Notes under the pieces: generated by a model
Database searches by the model: none
The model's input: the letters and a program-made list of their open reading frames with translations, nothing else
Told to the model about the DNA's origin: nothing
Virus record (IMG/VR): IMGVR_UViG_3300050196_000085
Location: 5,046-69,045 of that record
Length of the DNA stretch: 64,000 nt
Source: a virus
Reading direction: 5' to 3' (one strand)
Program-made: the position numbers and the translations under genes
In this document: positions 37,001 through 46,734 of the stretch, one piece after another
Numbering within the stretch: the stretch's first letter is position 1
Layout: each line of letters starts with the position of its first letter

Positions 37001-40000
37001 TGAATCGGTGTCACCCCTTCAAGATGTGAAAGATGCTTTGTCGTCTGAAACTGCTCTTCGTGAAAAGCTTGGTGAGATTGAGTTAAACCGCCGTTTCACT
37101 CAGGAAATTGCCGACCAGTATCGTGAACTTCTCGCTGCCGGTGAGCGCATCATTCAGGTGATGACGGCTCGAATGCAGAAAGCTGTCAAGAGCAAACTTG
37201 GTCGTTTGTCGTTTGAGGAACTGCTTCCTAAACTGGAAGCCGGTGCTCTCAATGCTGTGATCCAAGATGCCAATGGCAATTACATCTACGATCCAAAAAT
37301 TGTAGAATCCGCTGTGCTTGCTGGTCTTCAGTGGGTTCTGAAGATGAACAGCCATGGTGTGACCATGACTGATGAAGCTGTGCGTGAAGCCTTCGGTCTT
37401 ACAAGCGATGCTTATATTCCAGATGGTTTGGCAGACAGGCTTTCGGCTGGTCTCTCGACTGCCGAGGTATCTCGTTCTCTGGCTCAAGCCATTGGCCAGT
37501 TCCTCGGTCTGAAAGAACGCACTGACATTCCCGTGAATGAGGCACAGGCAGTCAAAGAAGGTCTTGCTAAGGAAGTTCTGACAGCATTGATCAATCAAGG
37601 TCTTGTTGATGAGTTCAAGGTGGACATCTCGGAAATCTCCACCCGTGACAATGTGTCTGATGTTGTTCGTTTCCGTCCGGGGGTTATGCGTGAAGCAGAT
37701 GCCATTGATGAAAGTGGTAATGTCAGGCGGGGTAATGTTGTTCGCGATGAGCAAGGTAACCGGATCAGGGCTATTGCCCCTGACGCTGCGATCCGTGGTT
37801 TCCCCGATGCTATTGAAAAAGCTGTACTAACTGACACACAGCCTGAAAGTTTTGTAGGTGAGATGCCTACTGAAGTTGCAAAAACGCAACTTCGGTCAGA
37901 CACACCTGTGACTAAAGAGCAACAGGAAGTGATCAAGGCTGAGCAAGCCATTGAACACAATGTCAATCTACCTTTCATCAATCTGCTGATTAGTGCTGGT
38001 CAGGAGTCTGAAGAACTGGTGTTGCGTCTGTTTGCTGGACAAATCGATGACACTATGAACGAGAACCACAAGCGTTCTGTTGAAGGTCGTCGTCTGATGT
38101 TCCAGTCTGCTTTCCGCTCGATCCAGAACCTCATGGCTGAGGTCACGAACGTGGCAAGCAAGAGTGGTCGTGATCTCGGCACTGTGCCGGTCTACTTCCG
38201 TTATGCTTATACGGTCGTAAACCGTCTTCAGATGTTGGGTAAGAACAATCCACAGTTCAGCAAGCTGATGCGTGAATTCATTCTACCTACGTGGGATGTA
38301 TTGGATCTGACTGATTCACAGAACCGCTTGAAATTCTCTCTTGGTCTGGCTCAGGCTCTTGGTGTGAAAGTTCACAAGGTTCAGCCTAAAGTGATGTTGG
38401 TCGAACTGAAGGATGCTCTTGCCAAGTTCCCTAAAACTCTGGAAATGTTGGGTAACAGCAGCTTCAAGCTGACTGAAGCTGCTGTCGATACCATGATTGA
38501 AGAGGGCGTCGAAAGCCCTGTAATGCTTCATGCCTTGATGGAGTACGCACGTCTTCAGAAGCCTGAGACCGACAAGAGCAAGTTCAAGACTGCTCTCTAC
38601 TTTGAAGCAGATGGTGTGACCAACGGTGTGGTCAACGCAATGTCATTGTTCTCGTCGGGCAGCTTCACACCAAACTGGGTGTCGAACATTCAGCGTGGTG
38701 GTCTGTGGATCGGTGAGCAAGCACTGTCTCTGGCTCATATTCGTCAGACTGATACTGATGCTCAAGACGATCTGTACGGAAAAGCAGCAGAGAACACTGC
38801 TTACAATGTGCGTAAGCTCATTCAGAGGCATGAGGGCAAAGACACAGGCGAGGTTATGCTCTCTGTGCTCCATGTACTAACAACCCTTCTTCCAAAAGGG
38901 ATCCAATATGATGAGAAGAGTAACAAGCTGAAGCTTGATCGTGCTGCTACCAAGAACCCATTGACCATCACGGTCTACGGCTCTGGTGTTATGGGCATTG
39001 CAGGTAACATTCTCGATGAAGCTCTCAACGCCATGTATGAGCGTTTCTCACAAGCTGCTGCTCGCAAGAAAGCTGATCCGTCAATCTCCGATGGTCAGGC
39101 ATTCTTTGGGGGTGATAGGGCTACGGCTGATAAAAAGTGGAATCGTTTCACCAAGGCTATGCGTGTCCTCGGGGCTAACAAACTCGTGAAAGAAGAAAAT
39201 AATCTCTACGTTGCAGAGACCGGCATTGATAGGATTCTTTCTGGTTCCAACTTCACGGATTACACCGTGGATAAGGTGGCAAAGCGTGCCCTTCAGGAAA
39301 GCTTCCTTCACGCTTTTGTGAACCCAATGGTTCGCGGGATCACCAAGACTGTTGGTAGTGATCTCATCGGCACTATGGATTTGATTAAGAGGCAGACTCA
39401 AACGTGGTCGCTGGTTGGTCAGTTCATGTACCAGAATGCCTATGAGAAAGCACTCAAGGCAAAGCGTGCAGCCAATCCTGATATGGATAGCTACGAGCTT
39501 CTGTCGAAGGATGAAGAAGACTTTATCCGTAAGCAGATCGATCAGAACCTACCCCAGTTTAGCACCGGGACACAGAACTATACGTTCGGTCAGCAACAGC
39601 GTCTGAACTTTCCGTTCATGACTTCAAAGAATGGCAAGCCCCTTGGGCTTGAATTCAGTCGTGCTTTGGATGATCGTTTTGAAACTCCAGCTTATGGCTA
39701 CATGCCGGGTGATGCTGGTGTATCAGGTCAACCTAACATGACCATTGGTAATGGTGATGGTCAGGCTGTGCAGAACATCATTAAAAACCCTGAAACGCCT
39801 AAAAAGCGTCTTCAGATCTTCGATGGTATTCACTCTACGATTGCCGAACTGGACAAGATGGGTCTCGCTGCAAACAAGGGTGTCTTCGACTCTTGGCAGC
39901 GTAATCCAATGGCTGATCTGGCAAAGGCATTTCGTAACTTTGCTGATCAGGTTGATCTGTCCTCACTGACTGAGGATCAGCTCAAGGCTCTTGCCAAGAG

Positions 40001-43000
40001 CGTTTTTGGTGGGTGGACTGCGGTTCCTGCTGCCAGTGATTTGGAATTGACCATCAAGACTATGGCCATTTCCGGTCAAGAAGTGGCAAACAACATTGCT
40101 GCACGTCAGCGTGTGCTTGCCAGTGTTCAGCATTCTGTGGACCAGATGGCAGGTGCGGCAGCACCTTATAGCAATCCGGGCTTGATCCTGTCTGGTTCGG
40201 CGGCAGCCAAAGCCGCTCAACTCAATAAATTGCTTGCCGTTGAAAAGGCCAAGAACGAGCCTGTTAGAGCGTTCGAAGCACCTACCCAGTCTGTGACACC
40301 AGATTCGACTGAAACGTCTGTAAAAGCCTCTGAGAGCAATTCTGAGACTAAAGCTCAAAAGCCTTCTTTTACCCAGATGAACATGTTCTCTGCTTTGGGC
40401 GCTCCGGTCACTTTGTTTGGTCGGGCATTAGAAAAAGTGATTGCAAAGGTCTCGGACAACCTGCTTACGCGGGCATTGCTTCGTGATGTAGTTCGATCAG
40501 ATAAGCTGAAAGATTACACCGTTTATACTGGAAGCCGTGAAGCATTAATCAATCGTGCTGCTGACATGGGTATCATTATCCCGGCTGATCGTCAGGATAC
40601 CTTTAATGGTATGATTCATCCTGAAAGCCGTCAGATGTTTGTGCTCAATGGTGATGCTGAAACGATGCTTCACGAGAGCATTCATGCTGTCACTTATGAG
40701 ACAGTTGCTGCTCATTACCGTGGTGAAAATGTCGGACCTGAAGCCAAGGCTGCTATTACTCGCCTTGAAGGCTTGATGGGGGAGTTTCGTAAGATTGGTA
40801 ATATCAACATTGGTTTTGGTTCAATTGGTAATCCCGAAGACATTATGAATAAAGGGACCAAGGAAGAGTATGTCTCAGCCTTTGGGCAAGACATCTTTGA
40901 CAGAATAGAAGCTGGTGAGATTACTGAAGAAATCATAAATAAGGTTCAAAAGGGTATAGACCTACTGGAAAGCAAACAGCTTAAAGAGCGATTTAACTCT
41001 TACGGAATTAGCGATAAAGTCTATTTCCGTATTGTGGATAGCCTCAGTAAGTATGCTGTTGCTCTCGGAGGTTCTACTATCGACACTGTAAATGGTGCAT
41101 ACCTGTATCCCAACAAGGATACAAAGGGCTTTGGGGCGAAGAAGCCTTTGCTTCTAATTGCCCGTGATATGATGGAAGACCCTGAAAAAGTTATTGATCA
41201 TGAAACTATCCATGCTTTCCGCCAGCTTGGTATGTTTACGGTGGAAGAGTGGAACACTCTTGTAACTGAGGCGCTTAGCAATAAGTCCTTGAAGAAGTCT
41301 GTTGATACTCGTTACATTGGATTGTCTAAAACAGCTCGTAATGAAGAAGCTGTTGCAGATCTGTTTGCTATGTGGCGTCAGAACAACAGTGTTGTTTCTG
41401 AGAAAAACAACTCGATCTTTAAGAAGCTTTTGCTGATGATTGGGTCTGTGTTTTCGGCCTTTAAGAATCAACAGAATCTTTCTGGTTCAGTTGAAGAGAT
41501 TTTTAAAAAGATTGTTAATGGTTCACTCGCAAAGCGTGGTCCGCAGCAGTCTGCTGTTTCTGGTCTTTTGGGTAGTGCAAGCATTGCTCAAAGTAGTTTT
41601 GATGTAGCTTATCAGAATTCTTTGGCTGAAATGAATCGCCACTTTATGAATGACGATAAAGCCGCTGAGCTGAATGAATTCATGGCTTGGTCGCTTTCGA
41701 ATGTCGCTCTTCGTGATAAGCTTCAGACTATCAAAATTACTGACAAGTCTCTCAGCATTCCCCGCAAGGTGGTTCAGACCATTAAGGCACTTCTATGGGG
41801 TGGTAAGCGTTCGGCTGCTGTGAGGGATGATCTTTTTACGAACATCCGGTTCAATACCGCTATCATCATGCGGTCTAACCCGACCCCCTCAGAGATGACC
41901 AGCAGTGCTACTCTGTATCATGATCCCAGCTTTGGTAATGATCAGAGACTGATCAAGCTTCTGGAATCGGTAAAGGGTAAAATTGCTGATTACATCACTG
42001 AAGATGTGATCAATCGTGTGAACCTTGCACGTCGTGCAGGTCTGGAACCAGCAAAGGAAACTGATGCAGCCAAAGGCTTCGAGAAGGATACTCGGGGTAA
42101 GGTAGACCGTGGTCGTATCCAAGGTGCATCGGCTGCTATTGCCTTTGATCGTGTTGGCTTTGACTTCACGATGCAGGAGCGTATGGCCTTCGTCATGATG
42201 GTGTCTGTCATGGCAACTGCTGCTGATCTGGATGCAAATGCTACCAGCCGTATGCAGGAAATCTACACGCATGTTGTTTCGAACCTTTCGGTCGATGATT
42301 TCTTGCGTGACCCGACCACCAACAACCCTGAAGACAATGAGCAGGCAAACAAGAAGTTCAATTTGCTGACTGGTGGCTTTGCCAACCGAACAGACAACCG
42401 TGATCGTTCATTGATTATGCCTGCTTTTGTGGCTCTTGCTGCAACCAACCCCGAGTTTCGTGCAATCATCAACAAGATGCCTATGCCAAAGGGTAAGTAT
42501 GTTGGTTGGAACTCGGTGGACAACATCCTCGATAACATCGGGGATATGGGCATGGATGCTGTGAGCCGTGTGGTTTCTGGTGAAGGTGCCCTGACCAAGA
42601 ATGTTCAGGACTCTATCGATAACCTTGTGTCTCAGATGCTAGAAACCAATGCTGAAGCAGAGATGTTCATCGAGAAGTACACCAAGCCTGTTGGCTCTGC
42701 CATTGATCAGGTCAACGAAAAGCTGGTGTCTCTTTTCAACTGGCTCGGTGAAAAAGCTGAAGCCAATCTTGAGAAAGCAAAGACCGATCCCGACGCCAAG
42801 ATCAAACTCGCTCTCGCTAGCAGCTTGAAGACTTTGACTGGTATTTTGCATGAACCTACTGGGCAGGGAACTGCCATGAAGGTCATGTCCACTGCTAACC
42901 AGTCTGAGGGACTGTGGAAGCCTTTCTATGATCTACTGAAGGATCTCGTTGGACGTACTGTTGAGAATGCTCGGGTTTATGATCTGATCAAGTTGGCACG

Positions 43001-45308
43001 CTATCATGTGTCCAGCTTGCGTCAGCAATTTGTGGAAGAACTGCCCAAGATCATCAACAGCAAGTTCAGCCGTGATCTTACTGAAGTTGAACAAACTGCG
43101 ATGTTCAAGGGACTTGCCCAGACCGACCTCGCAAGTTTGTTGGGGGACAATACCATTCAGGAAATTCTGAAGTGGGTGTTTAATCCTGCTGCTCGTGACA
43201 TTAAGATCAAAGAACTCTCGGACACGATCAGTGACCTGTCACCAGAAAATGCTGCTTTGATCCTGAGCAAGTCTGAGCAGCTTGCCGAGTACATGATCAA
43301 TAAAAAGTCTGGTTCGAGTTTGCTGCGTAATGCTGATGCCATTGCTCATCTTCTGAATGAGGGTAAGCCTTCGCCTGTGACCAGCAAGGAAATGGTCAAA
43401 GCCATTGATCATTTGGTTTCGTTGAAGGCTCTGTCCAAAATCAGCAGCCGTGATAGCATTGCTCTTTCTTCACTGGTTCTCAGTGAAAAAGAGGGGCTGA
43501 ACTTTGTTCTGAACTCTCTCCGTGGACAGCGTGAGACTGAACAGTCCAAGGCTGACGGCAATGCCCGGTTCAATCACTACAAGGGTCATATGACTTCTAT
43601 GCCGGGTGATAGTGTCAGCCTTATTGTGGCCCATGATAATGAGACAGCCAAGCTCCTCGAAAAGAGCTACATTCGTCTGGGGCCATTGGTTGGTTCGCCT
43701 CGTGATCCTTCTGCGAAGAATCGCTCGTACTTCTATGCTCCCGTTTCTGGACGTGCTGCATATTCGCAGGGCATCGCACAGAATGTTCAGCGGACTGTAT
43801 CCGGTGTTGACCACGCTACCGGGTTCACTCTTGGAACTACTGGTGGGATTATCACAGATCCTAAGTTTGTGGCGAAAATTCGTCAGAACAAGGCTGTCGA
43901 AAAGGTTGGATCTGCTCTGCTTCCCGTGTTTGACGCAAAGGGCAAGCTATATGCATACGAACGTCAGGTAGCACCAGCTATGCTGGATCGTTTGCAAGGT
44001 GATACAAACCTTGCAAAGATGATGGGTGCTCGTGGTGGTCGTCAGGCTGAAGAAGCTGCTGCCATGACGATCAACAGACTGCTGATTGATAACCTGCGCG
44101 ATATGTGGGACCGTGATCGTCGTGCTGGTAAACAGAACGAGTATCAAGATCTCTTCAAGTCCACTGATCCAGTTGTGCAGGACTCTGTGAGCATCCTCTC
44201 GAATGAGATGAAGATGTATATCACTGCACGTTTCCCTGAAGGCTTCATGGTTCGTAGCGACATGGTGGATGACGCTATCGGCTATCGTGCCGCATCGATT
44301 GGTGACGTGTGGACTGGTACTTCACGTTGGTCTGAGCAGACTCAGGAAATGGTCAAGAAGGCTATGATGGGTATGTTCGGTAACAAGGCTTATGCCTATG
44401 CGGTCAAAGCTGAAAAGTTCTGGCAGAATGCCATTGTGCAAGACATTCGCACTATGATCATCATCCGGTCGGTCATCGTGCCGATGGCAAATGCTGCCAG
44501 CAATGTTTACCAGTTGATTGGTCGTGGCGTGCCTATGACTTCAATCTTCCGTGGCATTCCAAAGAAGACTGCTGAAATTGAAAGCTGGCACAAGACTCGT
44601 ATCCGTCAGATGGAAGCAGAGGCAGAGCTTTTGGCTACTACTGATTTGGTTCAGCGCCGTAAGCTGGAAGTAGAGATCAAAGCTATCTCTGACAGTCATA
44701 AGCGGCTGACCATTTGGCCTTTGCTGGAACGTGGTGAGTTCTCCTCGATCTCGGATGCTGGATCCAGAGAGGATGTACTTCTCACACAAGGTAAGTTGTC
44801 AGATTTTATTGAAGCTCAGATTGACAAGCTTCCCTCTGCTGTTCGAACTGCCGGTAAGTATGCCATTATTTCGAAGGATACAGCTTTGTTCCGTGCCCTT
44901 CAGAAGACGGTGGATTATGGTGACTTTGTGGCAAAGGCCATCCTTTACGATGACCTCACGAAGCGTCAGCATAAAACCAAGGAAGAAGCTCTTGCTCGCA
45001 TCACTGAAGAGTTCGTGAACTACGACAGGCTGCCGGGACGTGACCGCCAGTATCTGGAGTCGGTTGGTCTTCTCTGGTTCTGGAACTTCAAGGTTCGTTC
45101 GTCTAAGGTTGCTTTGAGTATGCTCAGAAACAATCCTGTTCATGCGATTATTGCAGCCAACATGCCACTACCGATCAATGGTATTGGTCTGCCACTGGAA
45201 GATAACCTTTGGTCCAGCCTGTTTGATGGCAGACTGTTCAACAGCTTTGGTCTTCACACGGGCTTCAGAGCACCGGGTCTTTTGCCTTTGGGTGGTCTGC
45301 TAAACTAA
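34002..45308 (+). CDS. Virion-encapsidated RNA polymerase (N4 gp50-like), 3768 aa
   Basis: YFEADGVTNG (motif A), RAATKNPLTITVYG (motif B), IFDGI (motif C); giant size; no Cys seen on reading. Confidence 0.97.
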   Translation: MASRYQQLLNQYAGAMPTPLPVQKAEEVEQAADSKRQMLEGLTPQDGYDAATIRHDPNMAGLSSASEIERDMATASPLDLYLKYGDAARGMIANRSTGSIQRQADITNTDSNRIGDMITSILTGTTNLVGGVAGLGAGALSPVIGAKPGHAINEVTGDVTGFIKGFQSEAVNASDRVYDAARRMAERDNRETANGIANDLRPYVGDTVAEASAGVAEGVADTYSALKNSWENPTMALNTTGEAIGSLLPIGKLTKVLGKVGGAVVRRVGMAGAVEEIAAAKTAGRYLTVGDRIALSATEHAPVMAAIGLSEAGGSFQGTEQEAYRQLKEQGVDEGDALRIANNAGLSAAWKQGLAAMASGALTAKFEANPFAKMSPREFAKILLKEPIEEGFQGASGQLAQNLAVQDYVNADQRLMEGVGEQVGLGIVGALGSTGAVQTPGLALRGAIETAKLPFRAAGAVLTYQGNRVAARNQKVQDDALRGIFGEADAVLPDAQSEAEQAIEAAKANATVKAAAREWVNGMVERFQQTKSVQAAADIVNKVGGATKDKLDAALEVINGIRNSETTQDDETPAPLANTTMQSIKDAVANVAQSEGVQQAMDNAKTMFGRAAGAINAGVRSAIAGQQARKASAPEDMQVAANRLVGLAETNPEKLDPDAANQILYHAGQGTIQLTPVQTNALRMGVAAARTAKDATNVGSKYGLTGAQAVAENVLTNGRKKGERLSLQEHLKTIRAALDMGDREAATRAFRELSGFAQHLSNQVVAINDALVGGNTNDKNPVTFNAHVGNGVFKPLGSRYVQPTSEKSVKIAQEMATQAAVVGAAVNNLSDAFPEFSIPHIEISSLDPLLDGDATTVAKEYASGKRKASVNEADSITVEAGQVDQGKTPYEMQVVEEPNVDQTNSEQAVFEPTQKVEQSQTEVVVSEAEKVSAVEEKTLITEATLVDQPGEQGIESSVTDKPVSEQVPAEEVQKDQRVGGDSNRVTRAFTEPNKPKTRIAESVSPLQDVKDALSSETALREKLGEIELNRRFTQEIADQYRELLAAGERIIQVMTARMQKAVKSKLGRLSFEELLPKLEAGALNAVIQDANGNYIYDPKIVESAVLAGLQWVLKMNSHGVTMTDEAVREAFGLTSDAYIPDGLADRLSAGLSTAEVSRSLAQAIGQFLGLKERTDIPVNEAQAVKEGLAKEVLTALINQGLVDEFKVDISEISTRDNVSDVVRFRPGVMREADAIDESGNVRRGNVVRDEQGNRIRAIAPDAAIRGFPDAIEKAVLTDTQPESFVGEMPTEVAKTQLRSDTPVTKEQQEVIKAEQAIEHNVNLPFINLLISAGQESEELVLRLFAGQIDDTMNENHKRSVEGRRLMFQSAFRSIQNLMAEVTNVASKSGRDLGTVPVYFRYAYTVVNRLQMLGKNNPQFSKLMREFILPTWDVLDLTDSQNRLKFSLGLAQALGVKVHKVQPKVMLVELKDALAKFPKTLEMLGNSSFKLTEAAVDTMIEEGVESPVMLHALMEYARLQKPETDKSKFKTALYFEADGVTNGVVNAMSLFSSGSFTPNWVSNIQRGGLWIGEQALSLAHIRQTDTDAQDDLYGKAAENTAYNVRKLIQRHEGKDTGEVMLSVLHVLTTLLPKGIQYDEKSNKLKLDRAATKNPLTITVYGSGVMGIAGNILDEALNAMYERFSQAAARKKADPSISDGQAFFGGDRATADKKWNRFTKAMRVLGANKLVKEENNLYVAETGIDRILSGSNFTDYTVDKVAKRALQESFLHAFVNPMVRGITKTVGSDLIGTMDLIKRQTQTWSLVGQFMYQNAYEKALKAKRAANPDMDSYELLSKDEEDFIRKQIDQNLPQFSTGTQNYTFGQQQRLNFPFMTSKNGKPLGLEFSRALDDRFETPAYGYMPGDAGVSGQPNMTIGNGDGQAVQNIIKNPETPKKRLQIFDGIHSTIAELDKMGLAANKGVFDSWQRNPMADLAKAFRNFADQVDLSSLTEDQLKALAKSVFGGWTAVPAASDLELTIKTMAISGQEVANNIAARQRVLASVQHSVDQMAGAAAPYSNPGLILSGSAAAKAAQLNKLLAVEKAKNEPVRAFEAPTQSVTPDSTETSVKASESNSETKAQKPSFTQMNMFSALGAPVTLFGRALEKVIAKVSDNLLTRALLRDVVRSDKLKDYTVYTGSREALINRAADMGIIIPADRQDTFNGMIHPESRQMFVLNGDAETMLHESIHAVTYETVAAHYRGENVGPEAKAAITRLEGLMGEFRKIGNINIGFGSIGNPEDIMNKGTKEEYVSAFGQDIFDRIEAGEITEEIINKVQKGIDLLESKQLKERFNSYGISDKVYFRIVDSLSKYAVALGGSTIDTVNGAYLYPNKDTKGFGAKKPLLLIARDMMEDPEKVIDHETIHAFRQLGMFTVEEWNTLVTEALSNKSLKKSVDTRYIGLSKTARNEEAVADLFAMWRQNNSVVSEKNNSIFKKLLLMIGSVFSAFKNQQNLSGSVEEIFKKIVNGSLAKRGPQQSAVSGLLGSASIAQSSFDVAYQNSLAEMNRHFMNDDKAAELNEFMAWSLSNVALRDKLQTIKITDKSLSIPRKVVQTIKALLWGGKRSAAVRDDLFTNIRFNTAIIMRSNPTPSEMTSSATLYHDPSFGNDQRLIKLLESVKGKIADYITEDVINRVNLARRAGLEPAKETDAAKGFEKDTRGKVDRGRIQGASAAIAFDRVGFDFTMQERMAFVMMVSVMATAADLDANATSRMQEIYTHVVSNLSVDDFLRDPTTNNPEDNEQANKKFNLLTGGFANRTDNRDRSLIMPAFVALAATNPEFRAIINKMPMPKGKYVGWNSVDNILDNIGDMGMDAVSRVVSGEGALTKNVQDSIDNLVSQMLETNAEAEMFIEKYTKPVGSAIDQVNEKLVSLFNWLGEKAEANLEKAKTDPDAKIKLALASSLKTLTGILHEPTGQGTAMKVMSTANQSEGLWKPFYDLLKDLVGRTVENARVYDLIKLARYHVSSLRQQFVEELPKIINSKFSRDLTEVEQTAMFKGLAQTDLASLLGDNTIQEILKWVFNPAARDIKIKELSDTISDLSPENAALILSKSEQLAEYMINKKSGSSLLRNADAIAHLLNEGKPSPVTSKEMVKAIDHLVSLKALSKISSRDSIALSSLVLSEKEGLNFVLNSLRGQRETEQSKADGNARFNHYKGHMTSMPGDSVSLIVAHDNETAKLLEKSYIRLGPLVGSPRDPSAKNRSYFYAPVSGRAAYSQGIAQNVQRTVSGVDHATGFTLGTTGGIITDPKFVAKIRQNKAVEKVGSALLPVFDAKGKLYAYERQVAPAMLDRLQGDTNLAKMMGARGGRQAEEAAAMTINRLLIDNLRDMWDRDRRAGKQNEYQDLFKSTDPVVQDSVSILSNEMKMYITARFPEGFMVRSDMVDDAIGYRAASIGDVWTGTSRWSEQTQEMVKKAMMGMFGNKAYAYAVKAEKFWQNAIVQDIRTMIIIRSVIVPMANAASNVYQLIGRGVPMTSIFRGIPKKTAEIESWHKTRIRQMEAEAELLATTDLVQRRKLEVEIKAISDSHKRLTIWPLLERGEFSSISDAGSREDVLLTQGKLSDFIEAQIDKLPSAVRTAGKYAIISKDTALFRALQKTVDYGDFVAKAILYDDLTKRQHKTKEEALARITEEFVNYDRLPGRDRQYLESVGLLWFWNFKVRSSKVALSMLRNNPVHAIIAANMPLPINGIGLPLEDNLWSSLFDGRLFNSFGLHTGFRAPGLLPLGGLLN

Positions 45309-45347
45309 AAGAAAACCCCCCAGCGGTTCCTACGCTGGGGGGTTTGT
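45309..45347. terminator. Bidirectional terminator between convergent late and middle blocks
   Basis: AAAACCCCCCAGCG-GTTCCTA-CGCTGGGGGGTTTGTT. Confidence 0.85.
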
Positions 45348-45357
45348 TCTTGACCTA

Positions 45358-45516
45358 TCAGGTATCGTCCGAAGGCTTTTTGTCTGACTTGGAGAGCAGA
45401 CAAATTGCCACCCAGATGATAACGCCGACTGCGATGTACGGGGCAGCGGCAATGACGGCAGCACTCAGTGCAAAGAATACTGCCACCATCACGACCCCGA
45501 TCAACAGGGCCTTCAT
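45358..45516 (-). CDS. Small membrane protein (52 aa)
   Basis: Read by hand: MKALLIGVVMVAVFFALSAAVIAAAPYIAVGVIIWVAICLLSKSDKKPSDDT. Confidence 0.65.
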   Translation of the reverse strand: MKALLIGVVMVAVFFALSAAVIAAAPYIAVGVIIWVAICLLSKSDKKPSDDT

Positions 45517-45521
45517 ATAGG

Positions 45522-46079
45522 TCAGTTCTTAGGCTTGTCCAGCTTTGCGAACAGCGATTGTCGCGGAGCCACTTCCGCCTCGGTGGAAGCTTCAAGCTGA
45601 GCTTCTACCTCAACGGCTTCAGCCGTCGTGGTGGTTGCTTCGTCCTGCCCGGCTTCGACTGTCTCTTCCTGAACAGCGTTCAGGTCGATAGCGTCGGCAG
45701 CACGGGCAGCTTCTTCCTCAGCCGACATTTCAGCGGCAGATTCAACTGGGGGTGTGGTGGTCGGAGTGGCCTTGGCTTCAGCAGCCTTGGCGGCGATGTT
45801 CAAGGGCTTGGTGCCCGAGGTCTTCACCTTTACCGGAGTCGGCTTGACAACTTCTTCCTTGGGAGCCGAAGCAACCGCCGTGGCGACAGCAGCAGTCGCT
45901 TCAGCGGGGTTCAGGTCGATGGCAGCCGTGAAGCCGCTGGGACCACGAGTGGCCGACAGTGTGATGCCGATCTTGGTGTTTGGGTCAAGACCCGGAACCA
46001 GCGAACGGACATGGATGTCAATGGCCTTTTCGATCTCTTCCTGATCGAGCGTCATGTTGAACGCCATATTGTATTTCAC
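45522..46079 (-). CDS. Hypothetical protein with an Ala/Glu-rich tail, conserved position in N4-like phages
   Basis: LDQEEIEKAI..IGITLSATRGPSGFTAAID. Confidence 0.7.
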   Translation of the reverse strand: MKYNMAFNMTLDQEEIEKAIDIHVRSLVPGLDPNTKIGITLSATRGPSGFTAAIDLNPAEATAAVATAVASAPKEEVVKPTPVKVKTSGTKPLNIAAKAAEAKATPTTTPPVESAAEMSAEEEAARAADAIDLNAVQEETVEAGQDEATTTTAEAVEVEAQLEASTEAEVAPRQSLFAKLDKPKN

Positions 46080-46651
46080 CTTTCAAATAGCCGCATGAGG
46101 TTCTGGAAGGTTGGGGTCAAAACCCCAGCGTGAATTGCAGCAAGAGCATCTGCGGCGTGTTCAGCCTTGCTGTGAATATCACCCTTCGTAAAGCCCTTAC
46201 CGCTTTGCTCATACAGCGGCCAGTTCGCTTTGGGGTAAAGATTTACCCCCCAATCGATCATCTGCTGCTTAGTGGCGTTCTTGTTGCCGGTCGCTGCCTT
46301 CTTCACCTCAAAGGCAGTGACTTCGATCAGAGGGATACCCTCTGCTCGGACGGCACCAAGGATACCCATGCAAACGCCGTAGCTTGCCATCGCCCGTGCC
46401 GATTGAGATCCCACGGGGCACTCAACGAACACGACTTTGGATTTGCGGGCGACTGCCAGAGCTTTGACGGCAAGTTGCTCACTGACAAATAGATCAGTTG
46501 AGTTCTGACGGACCTGCTTGCCCTTGAGCTTCTCTGGTTCCACGACTGACAGGTTGAGACCATCGAGATAGCCTCCTGAAAGGTCGAGTGTGGCTTCAAC
46601 AATACCCCAATGTGTGAGACTGGGATCGAAGCCTGCGACATTAATGATCAT
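46076..46651 (-). CDS. RuvC-like Holliday junction resolvase
   Basis: VAGFDPSLTHWG, VFVECPVGSQSARA, AEHAADALAAIHAG. Confidence 0.85.
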   Translation of the reverse strand: MIINVAGFDPSLTHWGIVEATLDLSGGYLDGLNLSVVEPEKLKGKQVRQNSTDLFVSEQLAVKALAVARKSKVVFVECPVGSQSARAMASYGVCMGILGAVRAEGIPLIEVTAFEVKKAATGNKNATKQQMIDWGVNLYPKANWPLYEQSGKGFTKGDIHSKAEHAADALAAIHAGVLTPTFQNLMRLFER

Positions 46652-46734
46652 ATTCGCTCCAGAGAAAAGCCCCCTTCAGCTAACACTGAAGAGGGCCGGT
46701 TCTTACCCCAACTTAAGTTGGGGATCAAGCGTGA

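Noticed and set aside
40800-41590. Intein in the vRNAP
   Set aside because: No N-terminal C/S block A, no terminal HN, and no LAGLIDADG motifs.
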